From contig OZ244999.1 in assembly GCA_965223265.1 (NCBI GenBank), forward strand, positions 2,656,001-2,720,000: a DNA stretch of 64,000 nt. The letters run 5' to 3'. The notes beneath the pieces are model-generated. The model saw only the letters and a program-made list of their open reading frames with translations, made no database searches and was not told where the DNA came from. The translations under genes and the position numbers were made by a program. Source of the DNA: Planctomycetota bacterium. GTDB taxonomy: Bacteria > Planctomycetota > UBA8108 > SXIK01. How positions within the stretch are numbered: position 1 is the stretch's first letter; each line of letters begins with the position of its first letter. Of the stretch, positions 10,309 to 20,800 are shown one piece after another.

Positions 10309-12804
10309 TTAGTGGTTGTAAATGAACCCTTTGGAATTAATGACCGCCCACACGACGTCCTCAGTTGCCTGCCGGCGATCCCGGCCGGCTGTCTGGTCCT
10401 CGAAACTGTCGAACGCCACTAGCATGGCAGCGCGTTCGGAGTCGCTGGGAAAGCGCGCGAGCGCTGTCAGGAACACCTCGTCGATAATCTGCGCCGGTGA
10501 GCGTTCGGACGTCGCGAGGCGGTAGCAGTTGCCGTCACGAGCCTGGAGCTTCTCCAACAGCTCTGGCGAATTGAGGAGATGAAGGGCCTGCGAGATACTC
10601 GGCTCATTGCTGCGCTCGCATTCGCAGACGCTCACGCGCAGCGGGCGGCCGAAGATGCGAAAGAAATAGGACGGCATACGGCTGTCCCAGACCTGGATCG
10701 AGCGAAATCCTGCCGGCCAGCCGTCGAATTTTTCGCCGATTCCGGTCACTTGGGCGATGGCGTCGAGCAGCACCTCGGCCGGAAGCACCTTTTGATAGGC
10801 ACGCGAGAAGTTCTGCTCATCGGTTGCATTCGTCTCGTTCGCTGCGCCGCTGATCTGATAGACCCGGGAGTTGAGAAGTGTCCGCGTGAACGCGCGGACG
10901 TCGTAGTCGACATCGCGAAGATGCTGCGCCAGCGCCTCCATGAGCGGCTCGTTTGTCGGTGGATTCGTGGCGCGCAAATCGTCGATCGGCTCGACAAGGC
11001 CGCGGCCGAAATAGTGCGCCCACAGCCGATTGACGATGATCTTGGCGAAGAAAGGGTTGTTGGGTTTGAGCATCCAGTCGACGAGCTTCGTGCGGCGATC
11101 GCGGATGGCGGTGAAGTCACTCGGTGGGGCGCCGAGGGGCCGTGCCGCCACGGCTTCTCCGGTGCGCGGGTGGTTCAGGTCCGTACCGCCATCCGACATC
11201 AACGCCTCGCCACCGCCGGGGAGGCTTTTGCGTTTTAGCCCCGTGAAGTATCCCGCCAGCGCATAGTAATCGTCTTGGCCCCAACGTTCCGACGGGTGCT
11301 GGTGACATTCGGCGCACTCGATGCGCACACCCAAGAAAAGCTGACTCATCGACCGAGCGAGCACATCCGGCTTGGATGAGATCCGATAGAACGTCCCGGG
11401 TCCCTCGGCCAGCATGTTTCCTTCGCTGGTCAGAATCTCGCTGACGAACTCGTCGTAGGGCCGATTCGTCGCCATCTGCTTCCGCAGCCATCGAGTCATT
11501 GCCACGGCACCCGCTGGCGTGGCGCCGCGCCTGTCAACCCGCAGGATGTCGGCCCACTTCATAGCCCAGTAGTCGGCATACTCTGGACGCTCGAGCAGAG
11601 TGTCGATCACCTTCGAGCGCTTCGCCGTGTCGGTATCCGCCAAGAACTCTCGTACCTCCGCGCTCGTTGGGAGCGTGCCGATCGTGTCGAGGTACGTTCG
11701 CCGCAGAAACTCCGTGTCCGTTGCCGGGCCACTCGGCTGGATACCGAGTCGCTCGAGCTTGTTCCACACGAGCCGGTCGACGAAATTCACTTCGGCTGGG
11801 CGTTCAATGGTCACGCCCGGACGAGGATGGGTGATGCGGCAGACCGCGACATGACCCATGTAGCGCACGAGAATCGTCGCCTCGCCGGGGACATTCCCTG
11901 CCTCTACGAGGCCGCGCTCGTCCACGGTGGCGATCATCGCGGCGTTCGACTCGTATTCCGTCTCGACCGTGACGCAGCGGCGCGCTCCGTCCGTGCCGAC
12001 GGCGATGACTTGAATCTGCTGCGAGCCGCCGGCGTAGAGGACCTGCTCCGGCGGTGAAATCTCGATCGACTCTACCGCCGCCTCGCCGAGGGCGCTGAAG
12101 GCTGCACCTTCGCGCACCCAACGCAGCAGCCGCGCGTAGCGCAGGGCGTCTCTCTGTTTGTCGATCTTTAGCCCGCCGCCGTGCGGCACTGCGGCGGTCC
12201 CCTTGAGCACGAAGAGACTCGTCTCGGGAGCTGCCGGCCGCACCCGGCGACCGCGGCTATCCTTGGCCAGCGCTTCATGATCCGCTCGCGGGTCAAAGCC
12301 GAAGACGCTCAACTTGAGACCGCCCTTACCCTCGGCTTTGCCGTGGCAACCGCCGGCGTTGCAGCCTGCTTTGGTCAGGGACGGAATGACCTCGTAGCGA
12401 AAAGAGACCGGCTCAGGGGAGGTCAGACCCGTGACGTCGACCGGCACACGAACCGTCACCAAGCGGGCGCTGTCGGTGGTTTCGCCGAGCTCTTCCAGCG
12501 CGGTGACGGCCGCGACGTCGACTTCGACGACGATCTCCGTTGCACCTTCGCCCGTGGGAACCGCCAGCCCGCGGTGACTGAGGCGCGCGATGTTTGCGTC
12601 GACACTATAGTTTGCCGCGCGCGTTGCATCGACACGCAGGCCGTCGGGGCGCCGCACCGTCACCAATAACTGCTGCGAGGACTCCGGTCCCGCGAGGCGG
12701 ACAACTGGCGGTGACACTGTCAGCTCCTGGGCCGTGACATCACCGGCGGCTGTGGCGAACAGAACGAGCAGTGGAAGCACCGCGAACAATGCGCGAACCC
12801 ACAT
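10309..12804 (-). CDS. DUF1549/DUF1553 domain protein with Ig-like (Big_2) domains
   Basis: Motifs GCNAGGCHG, FLRRTYLDTIGTLPT, CAECHQHP, VNRLWAHYFGRGLVEP, CECERS, QALHLLNS, F.YNH terminus. Confidence 0.92.
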   Translation of the reverse strand: MWVRALFAVLPLLVLFATAAGDVTAQELTVSPPVVRLAGPESSQQLLVTVRRPDGLRVDATRAANYSVDANIARLSHRGLAVPTGEGATEIVVEVDVAAVTALEELGETTDSARLVTVRVPVDVTGLTSPEPVSFRYEVIPSLTKAGCNAGGCHGKAEGKGGLKLSVFGFDPRADHEALAKDSRGRRVRPAAPETSLFVLKGTAAVPHGGGLKIDKQRDALRYARLLRWVREGAAFSALGEAAVESIEISPPEQVLYAGGSQQIQVIAVGTDGARRCVTVETEYESNAAMIATVDERGLVEAGNVPGEATILVRYMGHVAVCRITHPRPGVTIERPAEVNFVDRLVWNKLERLGIQPSGPATDTEFLRRTYLDTIGTLPTSAEVREFLADTDTAKRSKVIDTLLERPEYADYWAMKWADILRVDRRGATPAGAVAMTRWLRKQMATNRPYDEFVSEILTSEGNMLAEGPGTFYRISSKPDVLARSMSQLFLGVRIECAECHQHPSERWGQDDYYALAGYFTGLKRKSLPGGGEALMSDGGTDLNHPRTGEAVAARPLGAPPSDFTAIRDRRTKLVDWMLKPNNPFFAKIIVNRLWAHYFGRGLVEPIDDLRATNPPTNEPLMEALAQHLRDVDYDVRAFTRTLLNSRVYQISGAANETNATDEQNFSRAYQKVLPAEVLLDAIAQVTGIGEKFDGWPAGFRSIQVWDSRMPSYFFRIFGRPLRVSVCECERSNEPSISQALHLLNSPELLEKLQARDGNCYRLATSERSPAQIIDEVFLTALARFPSDSERAAMLVAFDSFEDQTAGRDRRQATEDVVWAVINSKGFIYNH

Positions 12805-12999
12805 GACGTTGTCACTCCCGTTCAGACAGACATCTTGAGACAGGATCAGCTATGTAGCACCAGGCGGCGCTACTGCTACGCGCCTCGGATTATAGTCAAC
12901 AAGGGCGAAGGCCGCAATTTTTCGAGTGGGACAGTTGGCTCGCCGCGTAAGCCGATCGGCGCACGTCCTCCCGATGCGTCGACGATTCGCCGGTCGAAT

Positions 13000-15900
13000 T
13001 CAGGTCGAGCACGGCCCGGCGCGGCAGGCGGAAAGCGCGTCGCCTGAGACGTCGACGCCACAGCTGGGGAAAGGCGCTGCTGGCTCGGCGCCGCCGGTGA
13101 AGAGGAACCTGAGGAGACGGATCGCATCGGAGATCGTGACTCGACCCGAGTCGTTCGTGTCGGCGGCGTCGACACACTCGAGGCTCGCCTGGCGTCCGAA
13201 GAGGAATCCTAGCGTGAGAAGTGCATCAGCCTGATTTACGGTGGAGTCGCCGTTGGCGTCGCCGCGAACGAAGCCTGGAAGCCCGGGAGCGCCGAGCGGT
13301 GCGTGCACGCCTTGCTTGTATCCGACATAGTCGACTTGGATCGAGCCAGCCTCATCCAGCGCCGCGAGGCCAAGCTCCAGGTAGAGTCCGTCGGCATTCG
13401 CATCCGTGCCGCTGCTTGGCACGCGCACGAGGTCGTCAAACGCGGCAGTCTCCGAGCCGTCGATGTACAGGCGCAAGCGATGTTCGTCCCCCTCGCGCTG
13501 CAAGGTCACCCATGCAGCGTGAAATGCGTGCGGCGCGAGAGCGACTGGGGGTGTGAGATTCGTCGTCAGGCCCGCGTCGTCGAGCCACATGGAGAAGTGG
13601 CCGCGGCCGTCCTGGGCGCGATAGCCGATGCCGACTTGGCCTCGAAACGTTGGCCGCGGGGGCGTCTGCGCAGTGGGCGCTTCCAGGTCGGTCGGGTGAG
13701 GGTTCACGCGGAGGCGCGTCAGAAGCGTGATGCCGGAGTCGATCAAGTTAACGCTTCCAATCGGGCGCAGAAGCATGATGCGGCGATTGCTTGGAAACAC
13801 GAACTCAGGTCCCGGACTGCCGGGATCTTCGACGGTCAGCACTGAAACCGGACCGCCTCCTTCGCCGCCAGTTTCGATGATCTCAGCAGCGATACCGCCC
13901 GGCGCCGAACCCGCTTCGCCCGGACGGCTGCCATCCCATTCGTCGAGCGCACTCGGGCCCCAGCTGCCGTCGAGCGACTGCTCGCCGAAGACGAGCGCGT
14001 CACGCTGGCGATCTTCGCCTGGGCGCGCTTCGTAAAGATAGTTCCAGCCGCCGTCGGGCGTTTGCCAGCCCCCGCGCCCGCCAGCACCGGTCTTCACCGT
14101 CAACGCCGCAGAGACAGGAGATTCAGCTCCGACGCCGGTGACCACGACGACTTGGTACTCGTGGGTGGCGCCCGGCTCTGCGGTGTAGTCGGTGAAGTGC
14201 GTACCAGAGACGATGTGTCGAACGAGGAGCTCGCCATCGCGGAAGATCCTATACCCGAGCACGCCGGAGCCGACGTCCACAGCCGGAGTCCAGGTGAGTT
14301 CAACCGAGCGCACCCCGACTCGCGCTGCCCGCGGCGCTTCCGGAGTCGGGAGCGCCGTCGTGTCGGCTGCGGTGCCGAAGGTGAACGAGGTCGGTTCTGA
14401 GAGGAAGCTCCAGCGTCCGTCAGCGTCCATGAACGCGACGCGGAAAAGATAATCTTGATCCGCGACGAAGGCGTCGTCCGGCACGGTCGTCTCGACCAGA
14501 TCGACGGGACTGTCCAGCTGCCAGGTCGGAACGGCCCAGTTGCCGTCGGGCTCGATGATCAACCAGCGGGTTGTCGCGTGGGCCGACTCCACCGGACTCG
14601 CATACGAAGCAGCACGGAGAGTCACTGCTGCAGCGGGGCGACTGTCCGGCAGCGGTGCAAGATTCTGGGGCGTGGTGGGAATGGCGTCGTCGTTGAACTC
14701 TCCGACAAGACGCCCACGTAGCTGCGTGATCACACCTTTGACTTCGAGAGCGCGCTCGACCACCGTGTTTGACCATTTGAAACGATCGAAGTCGGCGTTG
14801 GCGGTTTCGCGGACGAGCTCGACGGACGTATCGATCGCCCTGAAGAGTCGCCTGCGGTCGTAGATCGTCTGCCACAAAAACCGGAAGCGGTTTTGATACT
14901 CTTGGCGAAAAGAGACGATCAGGTTCGCCAGTGGGTCGACACCGCCCATGCGCGAAAACCACAGTGTGTTATCGAGGTCCCACGGCAAGAACTCCCAGTC
15001 GCTAGTGTCCGAATTGAAGTAAAGATAGAAGTTGTTGAGGTTGTCCATGTCGTGATGGTTGATCAACTCCGAGACAACACGAAACGATAGGTAGTGGGGT
15101 ACGTCGAGGTTCGCCTCAACCCATTCACGCGACTGACCTGGCGCTTCGGCGAGGAATGTGTTGACGCTGTCAGTCGACGGGTTGCAGTCGGGATGCTGCT
15201 TGTTGACGCCGAACGAAAACTTGTAGAGGCCTGCGGCTTCATCCGTGGGGCGATCAAAGTCTTCCAGCAGCGCCTTGTCTGGCTCTTGGATGTCGAGGTA
15301 GAGACCGAAGAAGTCGCCGATCTCCGCGTCGTGTTCGTCCACGGCGCGCACGAAGCGTAGCTGCACAAAGGCTGTCGTGGAGGCGGCAATCCCTGAGTCG
15401 CGGTAGATTTTCCAAGCCAGCGCCGGTAGCACACCAGCATCCCCTTGCAGAATGCTTCCCTGCATGAGGTTGACCTTCGAGCGTGCGCTCACAAAGCGTT
15501 CGCCATCGTTGAAACGACCGCGAAACCGGTTGCCCTTGTTGAACTTGAATTTCCAGCTTGGCTTTTCACCGCCTCGGCCGCGACCACGGAGGCGAATTCC
15601 GACGTGGTCATGGACGCGATGCTCATGTACAAACGTGATGCGTCGGTGGTAGGCCGTGCGCGGCTCGAAGAGGATCGTGCGCACGTCTTCGATGTCCTGC
15701 GCCGTACCGATGACATGGTAAACCGGAAGTTTGTCCATATTCGTGTGCACGAACTCGCCGTCACCGAACGCGCTGTCGCTGGCGGTATAATCCGGGACAC
15801 CGTCGTAGACGAAGTACGCAAGGTTTGGCTCCGGGTCGCGAGGAAACGGCGCGCGTGCCGCAGCCGGAGTGCTCGCGGCATCGGTCGCGACGACGCGGTA

Positions 15901-17355
15901 ACGTACGAGCGTGCGGTGCGGCTGCGCGGGAATCGTCGCAGCATAGCGTTCGGTTTCGACGCTGTAGATCATCGGAACTGACGTCCAGTCCGTCTCGAAG
16001 CGCGCATCGGTCTTGCTTATGTAGTCACCTGCGACGCATAGTTGATATTCGAGCTGCGCGTCGGCAACGCCGTTGCCGTCAACGACTCGCGCTTCGATGC
16101 GTACTGCGTCGGTTGCGAAAATGTCATCGCGCTCGGGGTCGTCGGCTGGTGCGGCGCTCAGCCGTGTGATCTGCGGCCCAGAATTGCCGCCGAACATCGC
16201 GAGCTGAAGCGCTGAAGAGTTAGGTGCACCAGGTGTCCCCGTGAAGGGCTCGCTCTCACGCCACGCCTGGCCGCGCGCGTTGTCACTGAAAGGGTCGGCG
16301 AGTTCAAGCGAGCCGCGGAGACCGTCGGGGTTGATCGGCCATGGGATGCGATCGCGGTAGTCGACGAAATCGACTGGGAGGTCGGCGGCGTCCACGAGGA
16401 GCAAGTCCTCGCCGCCGTTACCGAGTTGACCGGCGTACGGACCGATCGCGTTGATGCCCTCTCCGTACTTCGCGGTGAACTCGTCGGCATCTCGATAGAT
16501 CGCCATGTAGTCGCCGGGCGCCAGCACCGTGCCTGGGGGAAATGTGAATTCGATGCCGTCTGCGAAACTCCAATTGGAGACGTCTATGCTTTCAGTGCCA
16601 CGGTTGTGAATTTCAAGAAACTCCTCGGCGACGCAGTGCCGAAGAAGCAGTGCGTCGGGATTTTTGACAGCGCTGTAGAGGATCTCGTTGATGACAATGT
16701 CGTGGCGTGTCGGTATGTCGCCTTGGCGCGAGTTCGGCCCGCCCGGCGTCCCGGGACGTTCGGCCGCGGCGCTCGCCGCAAAGTTGGTGAAGTCGGTGAT
16801 GAAATCGGCGGCGGAGATGCGCTCGAGGCTCGAACCGTCGCCGTCCGCTTCGGTCGGCCAGGGCAGATCGTCGGAGTAGACGACTTCGTCGACGAGAACG
16901 CCCGCTGCGTCGAAGAGGCGCACCGCATCGCCGCTGTTGGCGAGCGCGAAATCAACGTCGCCGACGATGTCGAAACTGTCGCCGTAGGCTTCGCGCAGCG
17001 CTGCCGAGTTGCGTGCGACAACCAGATAACCTCGCGGCGCGATTCGAGTCCCGGCCGGAAGTACGAATACGTTTTCTTGGTTGGAGTCCTTGAGGCGCCA
17101 TCCGGAGAGGTCGAGCGGGTCGTCGCTTTGACTGGCGATTTCTACGAACTCAAACTCGGTGTCGGCTCCAAGGCTCGGGGGCGGATTGTATTGAATCTCA
17201 CTGATCACGATGGGACCTGCCGGGGCGAGGTCGCTCGCCAGTATCGGCGTTCGAGCCGCTAAAACCACCAGCGCGAAGGCGCAGATGGCGACACGACGGA
17301 GCGGAGGTCCCAGCGGCAGGGGCGATGTTTTGGAATTGGCAGGTAGGACAAACAC
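13000..17355 (-). CDS. Secreted CotH-family kinase with two lamin-tail domains, FN3 domain and C-terminal dockerin-like module
   Basis: Two LTD motifs (VISEIQYNP..EFVEI; VINEILY..EFLEIHN); CotH motifs IRLRG, KFKFNKG, GLY, HHD..NN, PWDLD; FN3 (LTWTPAVD..GYRIFRDG); C-terminal FVRGDANGD...DAADTND. Confidence 0.85.
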   Translation of the reverse strand: MFVLPANSKTSPLPLGPPLRRVAICAFALVVLAARTPILASDLAPAGPIVISEIQYNPPPSLGADTEFEFVEIASQSDDPLDLSGWRLKDSNQENVFVLPAGTRIAPRGYLVVARNSAALREAYGDSFDIVGDVDFALANSGDAVRLFDAAGVLVDEVVYSDDLPWPTEADGDGSSLERISAADFITDFTNFAASAAAERPGTPGGPNSRQGDIPTRHDIVINEILYSAVKNPDALLLRHCVAEEFLEIHNRGTESIDVSNWSFADGIEFTFPPGTVLAPGDYMAIYRDADEFTAKYGEGINAIGPYAGQLGNGGEDLLLVDAADLPVDFVDYRDRIPWPINPDGLRGSLELADPFSDNARGQAWRESEPFTGTPGAPNSSALQLAMFGGNSGPQITRLSAAPADDPERDDIFATDAVRIEARVVDGNGVADAQLEYQLCVAGDYISKTDARFETDWTSVPMIYSVETERYAATIPAQPHRTLVRYRVVATDAASTPAAARAPFPRDPEPNLAYFVYDGVPDYTASDSAFGDGEFVHTNMDKLPVYHVIGTAQDIEDVRTILFEPRTAYHRRITFVHEHRVHDHVGIRLRGRGRGGEKPSWKFKFNKGNRFRGRFNDGERFVSARSKVNLMQGSILQGDAGVLPALAWKIYRDSGIAASTTAFVQLRFVRAVDEHDAEIGDFFGLYLDIQEPDKALLEDFDRPTDEAAGLYKFSFGVNKQHPDCNPSTDSVNTFLAEAPGQSREWVEANLDVPHYLSFRVVSELINHHDMDNLNNFYLYFNSDTSDWEFLPWDLDNTLWFSRMGGVDPLANLIVSFRQEYQNRFRFLWQTIYDRRRLFRAIDTSVELVRETANADFDRFKWSNTVVERALEVKGVITQLRGRLVGEFNDDAIPTTPQNLAPLPDSRPAAAVTLRAASYASPVESAHATTRWLIIEPDGNWAVPTWQLDSPVDLVETTVPDDAFVADQDYLFRVAFMDADGRWSFLSEPTSFTFGTAADTTALPTPEAPRAARVGVRSVELTWTPAVDVGSGVLGYRIFRDGELLVRHIVSGTHFTDYTAEPGATHEYQVVVVTGVGAESPVSAALTVKTGAGGRGGWQTPDGGWNYLYEARPGEDRQRDALVFGEQSLDGSWGPSALDEWDGSRPGEAGSAPGGIAAEIIETGGEGGGPVSVLTVEDPGSPGPEFVFPSNRRIMLLRPIGSVNLIDSGITLLTRLRVNPHPTDLEAPTAQTPPRPTFRGQVGIGYRAQDGRGHFSMWLDDAGLTTNLTPPVALAPHAFHAAWVTLQREGDEHRLRLYIDGSETAAFDDLVRVPSSGTDANADGLYLELGLAALDEAGSIQVDYVGYKQGVHAPLGAPGLPGFVRGDANGDSTVNQADALLTLGFLFGRQASLECVDAADTNDSGRVTISDAIRLLRFLFTGGAEPAAPFPSCGVDVSGDALSACRAGPCST

Positions 17356-17404
17356 TCAACCATTGTCCGGGGTGTTCGCCGTGGGCGTCAAGGTCCGTTC
17401 CCGC

Positions 17405-17800
17405 CGGGGAGTTCGATCCGAGTTCGTGTTCGCGTGCGTCCCAAAGTAGCAGGCAAGATCAGCGTGGTGTTGGATCCGGTGAGCGTTTGCGTTTGCGTGA
17501 GCGTTTGCGTGGGCGTGGGAGAGTGGGTGTGCGTAGGCGTCACTTCAACGTAGCACGTACGCGCCGTGTGCTGTTCCGTACGTGACCGTGGACCGTGACT
17601 GTGGCCGTGACCGCGAGGCGCGACGGCGCGTTCTAATAAACTCACCGCCTCTCCGTGTGCCATCCTGCCTGGTCGGCGTCGGCCGTTCCCGTTTGCGCTT
17701 GCGAGTGCGTCTGCGAGTGCATGGGAGTACGAGTACTCTGCTTCTGACTCTGTACCCGTCTCCACATCTGCATCTATCTCCGTCTGCCTCTGCCTGCCTC
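17405..17800. repeat. Intergenic low-complexity degenerate hexamer arrays
   Basis: Runs such as GTGAGCGTTTGCGTTTGCGTGAGCGTTTGCGTGGGCGTGGGAGAGTGGGTGTGCGT, GTGACCGTGGACCGTGACTGTGGCCGTGACC, GAGTACGAGTACTCTGCTTCTGACTCTGTACCCGTCTCC. Confidence 0.75.
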
Positions 17801-17834
17801 GATCCCTTCAAGGTGGCGGACGCGCTCCCGAATC

Positions 17835-20800
17835 CTAGCCCCCAACGCAGGGTGCGTGATGATCGCAGCTGAGTCCGTCGGGCGTTGGGTCGATCCCGCA
17901 GCCTGCGCTTGGCTGGGGTAGTGGTCCGTTCCCGGCAAACAGGTGGAGGAGGAGCGTCATGGCGTCTGCCAGATCGAGCCTGCCGTCATCGTTGGTGTCT
18001 GCGGCTTTGGCGCACGGCGGTGCCGCGGCGCTGCGGAACAGGTGGTTGAGAAGTGCGACCGCGTCGTTGACGTTCGTGGCGCCGTCCGCATCGAAGTCGC
18101 CGCGACGGTAAACGCTGCGAATCTCGACATCCGTCTTGTTGAACGATCTGAGTGCGGGGTTTGCCAGTGGCTGGAAATCTGCTCCGAGGAGCGTCACACC
18201 ACCAGGAAAGGAGAGCGTTGGTTCCGGTGCTGCAATCTCGACGACACTCACCGGCGCCGCGAGTCCGTCCACCACTACGGGTGGTTCGAGGAGCACCCAG
18301 TACTGTACGCTTCGATTGTGCCGTGCCGCGGCGTAGACTAGCTTCCAATAGTCGCCGACGATGGAACGATCCTGACCCGTGAGAGTGACATCGGCGCGGA
18401 CGATCGAGGCCGGGCCACTGGAGAGCAGGTTCTCCGACTCCAGGAAGCGCTCCTCGAGCTGGATCCGGCCGCCGGCGAATTCAACGTCGATTTGAAAATG
18501 AGGTAGCAGCTCGTAGAAGCACGACGAGTAACCGACCACCGGCTGGCCATTGAGGCGGCCGAGCATCGAGAGGTCGAACGTGAGGTATTCTTCGTCGAGG
18601 ATACGAAACTCGTCGATCGCTTGACTGCCTTGGCCTCGGAAGTTCAGGTTGAAAATCTCAATTTCGAGCTGATCACCGCTAGGCAATGTGAATCGCTGCG
18701 CGTAGCTGAATCGGTAGATGACACGGCGATCGGCATCCTGAACGCGAACGATGTCGACGCGGCCGCTCGCTACGGGCGCGGCGATCTCTTGTTCAGGTCC
18801 GAAGATGACCTGGTCGATGAGATCCAACGCGAAGGAGTCCGAGCGCGTCGGCAGTGGAAAGACGCCGCTGCGAAAGTGGACCATGCTTTTGAGCTCATAT
18901 TCGGTGCGCGGCGGGCGATCCGTGCGATCTTTCGAAAACACCGCGCACACCGATGTGCTGTCCGGGATACGAAGCTCGAACGTCGGAGATTCGACTCGCG
19001 TCGTTGTGAGGAGGAACGGGCGCACCTGTTTGACGGCGAGGGAGCCATCGGCTTCGACCTTAAATTCGAAATCGAGCAGCACTTCGTCGCGGGTGTGGGT
19101 GCCGAGCTCAATTGGGAAATTCTCGTCAACGTGAGCCATCAACGCGCCAAGTTCGCGCAGTTGCGCATCCGTCATGACGACTTCGCCCGGTGGCACAAGC
19201 GACGAACTTCGGTTACGGAATATGTCGATCACTTCGCCATCGACGACCTCCAGGAAATTGCGTTCGACGCGCACTCCTGGTTCAGGACTCACGCTGCTCG
19301 CTTCACCCAGCTGCGCCGTGACGACGTAGCGTCGATCACCCGCATTGGTTGGGTTGCCCGTAAACGCAACACCGTTGGCTTTCTCATCAAGAAAGGCGCG
19401 GTTGACGAGAATGCCCATGGACGCGGCTTCGCGTGGAATTTGAAAAAACGTCCGCTCCTCGTGGGCGCGGAACGTCCAGAGGCTCGTCCATACCTTCTTG
19501 AGAGCTCGTTCGACCGTCCGTTCGGAGTTTCGGCTCGGGTCGCAGTGAGATGCGTCCGGAGTCGCCGGGTCGATCGTATCGGCCGCGCACACCGAGGTTG
19601 ATTCGTAGAGCCCAGCACCGTTGAACTCGAGTCCATCCTCGACATTGGACGATGAACGAAAACGCACCATCAAATCTGTGGCGCCGAACACGTCACGGAT
19701 CCTCTCCGTGAGACTCGCGACGAGCATTGGGTCCACGACGCCTTCGCGGCGCGCGAAGCTGCGGAAGTCGTCGAGGAGCGTGAATCGGCGCTCCGAGTCG
19801 GTCTGCACGTCGGGGTCGTCCAGGAGCTCGAAGAGTAATTCCTCGTAACTCAGGGTGCGGTCGTCGAGCTGGAAAGAGTTTGATTGCATGAAGTCTAGAT
19901 AGTAGCGCATGGGGATTGCAAAGCCGATTTCGCGGTATTGTGCGTACGGACCGGTCAGGACGGTCTGCAGTCGCGACAGGTTCGTCGCCTTGCCGCCGAA
20001 TCGCGACACCGAGGCGCCGTCAAGTGCAACATCAAAGTCGAAGAGGTGATCAAGACCGCCGTATTGCGAATCTACCGTGGGCAGCTGCGGCAGCGACGGA
20101 CGGCTTTGGTCCCAAAACTCCTCGGCTTCGCTGAGCTGTGCCGGTTCGATGCTGTATCCCGTGTCGAGAACCTCGAATCGCACGAGTTCGCCGTCGCGCC
20201 CAGCGAGTTTGTCCGTCGCGCCGGCAATGAACGCGTTGGGCGTCCCGCGGCGCGCGGTGCGTACCGCGATATGACTCAAGTTTCCTTGCGGCTGGCCTGT
20301 GATCACGCCGCTGACGACACCTTCGATGTCCTGAGGGACCTCGTCGACGACCACGATGTCTTGAAGCGTGAAGCGGCCACTGCGGCTCGCAGCTTCGAAT
20401 TCTGCAAGCGTCAGGACACGCACACGACCATATCCTACGCCCCGAGTGTACGGCTCATAGTCACTTTCGGGGAGTCCGACGCCTTCACTGAGAATCGGAA
20501 ACGGGGGATTAGTCCAAGTCTCTGCTTCGTCTCGTGCGAGTTGCGTGTCGGGGTCGTACGCTAACTCGCCGAGAGAGAACACGTGCGTTAGCTGTGTGTG
20601 TACCCACTCGATTTCTTCCAGCTGCAGAACTTCGCGAACATCGAATCCCGTGTCTGCTACGACACTGAATGCGAAAACGGGCTCCGTCTCAGGCTTGAGC
20701 CGCGACAGCACACCGACGTAGAAGTCACGCGTCGCACGGCGCCCGACCAGCCTGTTGTACTCGTCACGTGTTCCCCCGGAGAAGATGTTGGGAAAAACTT

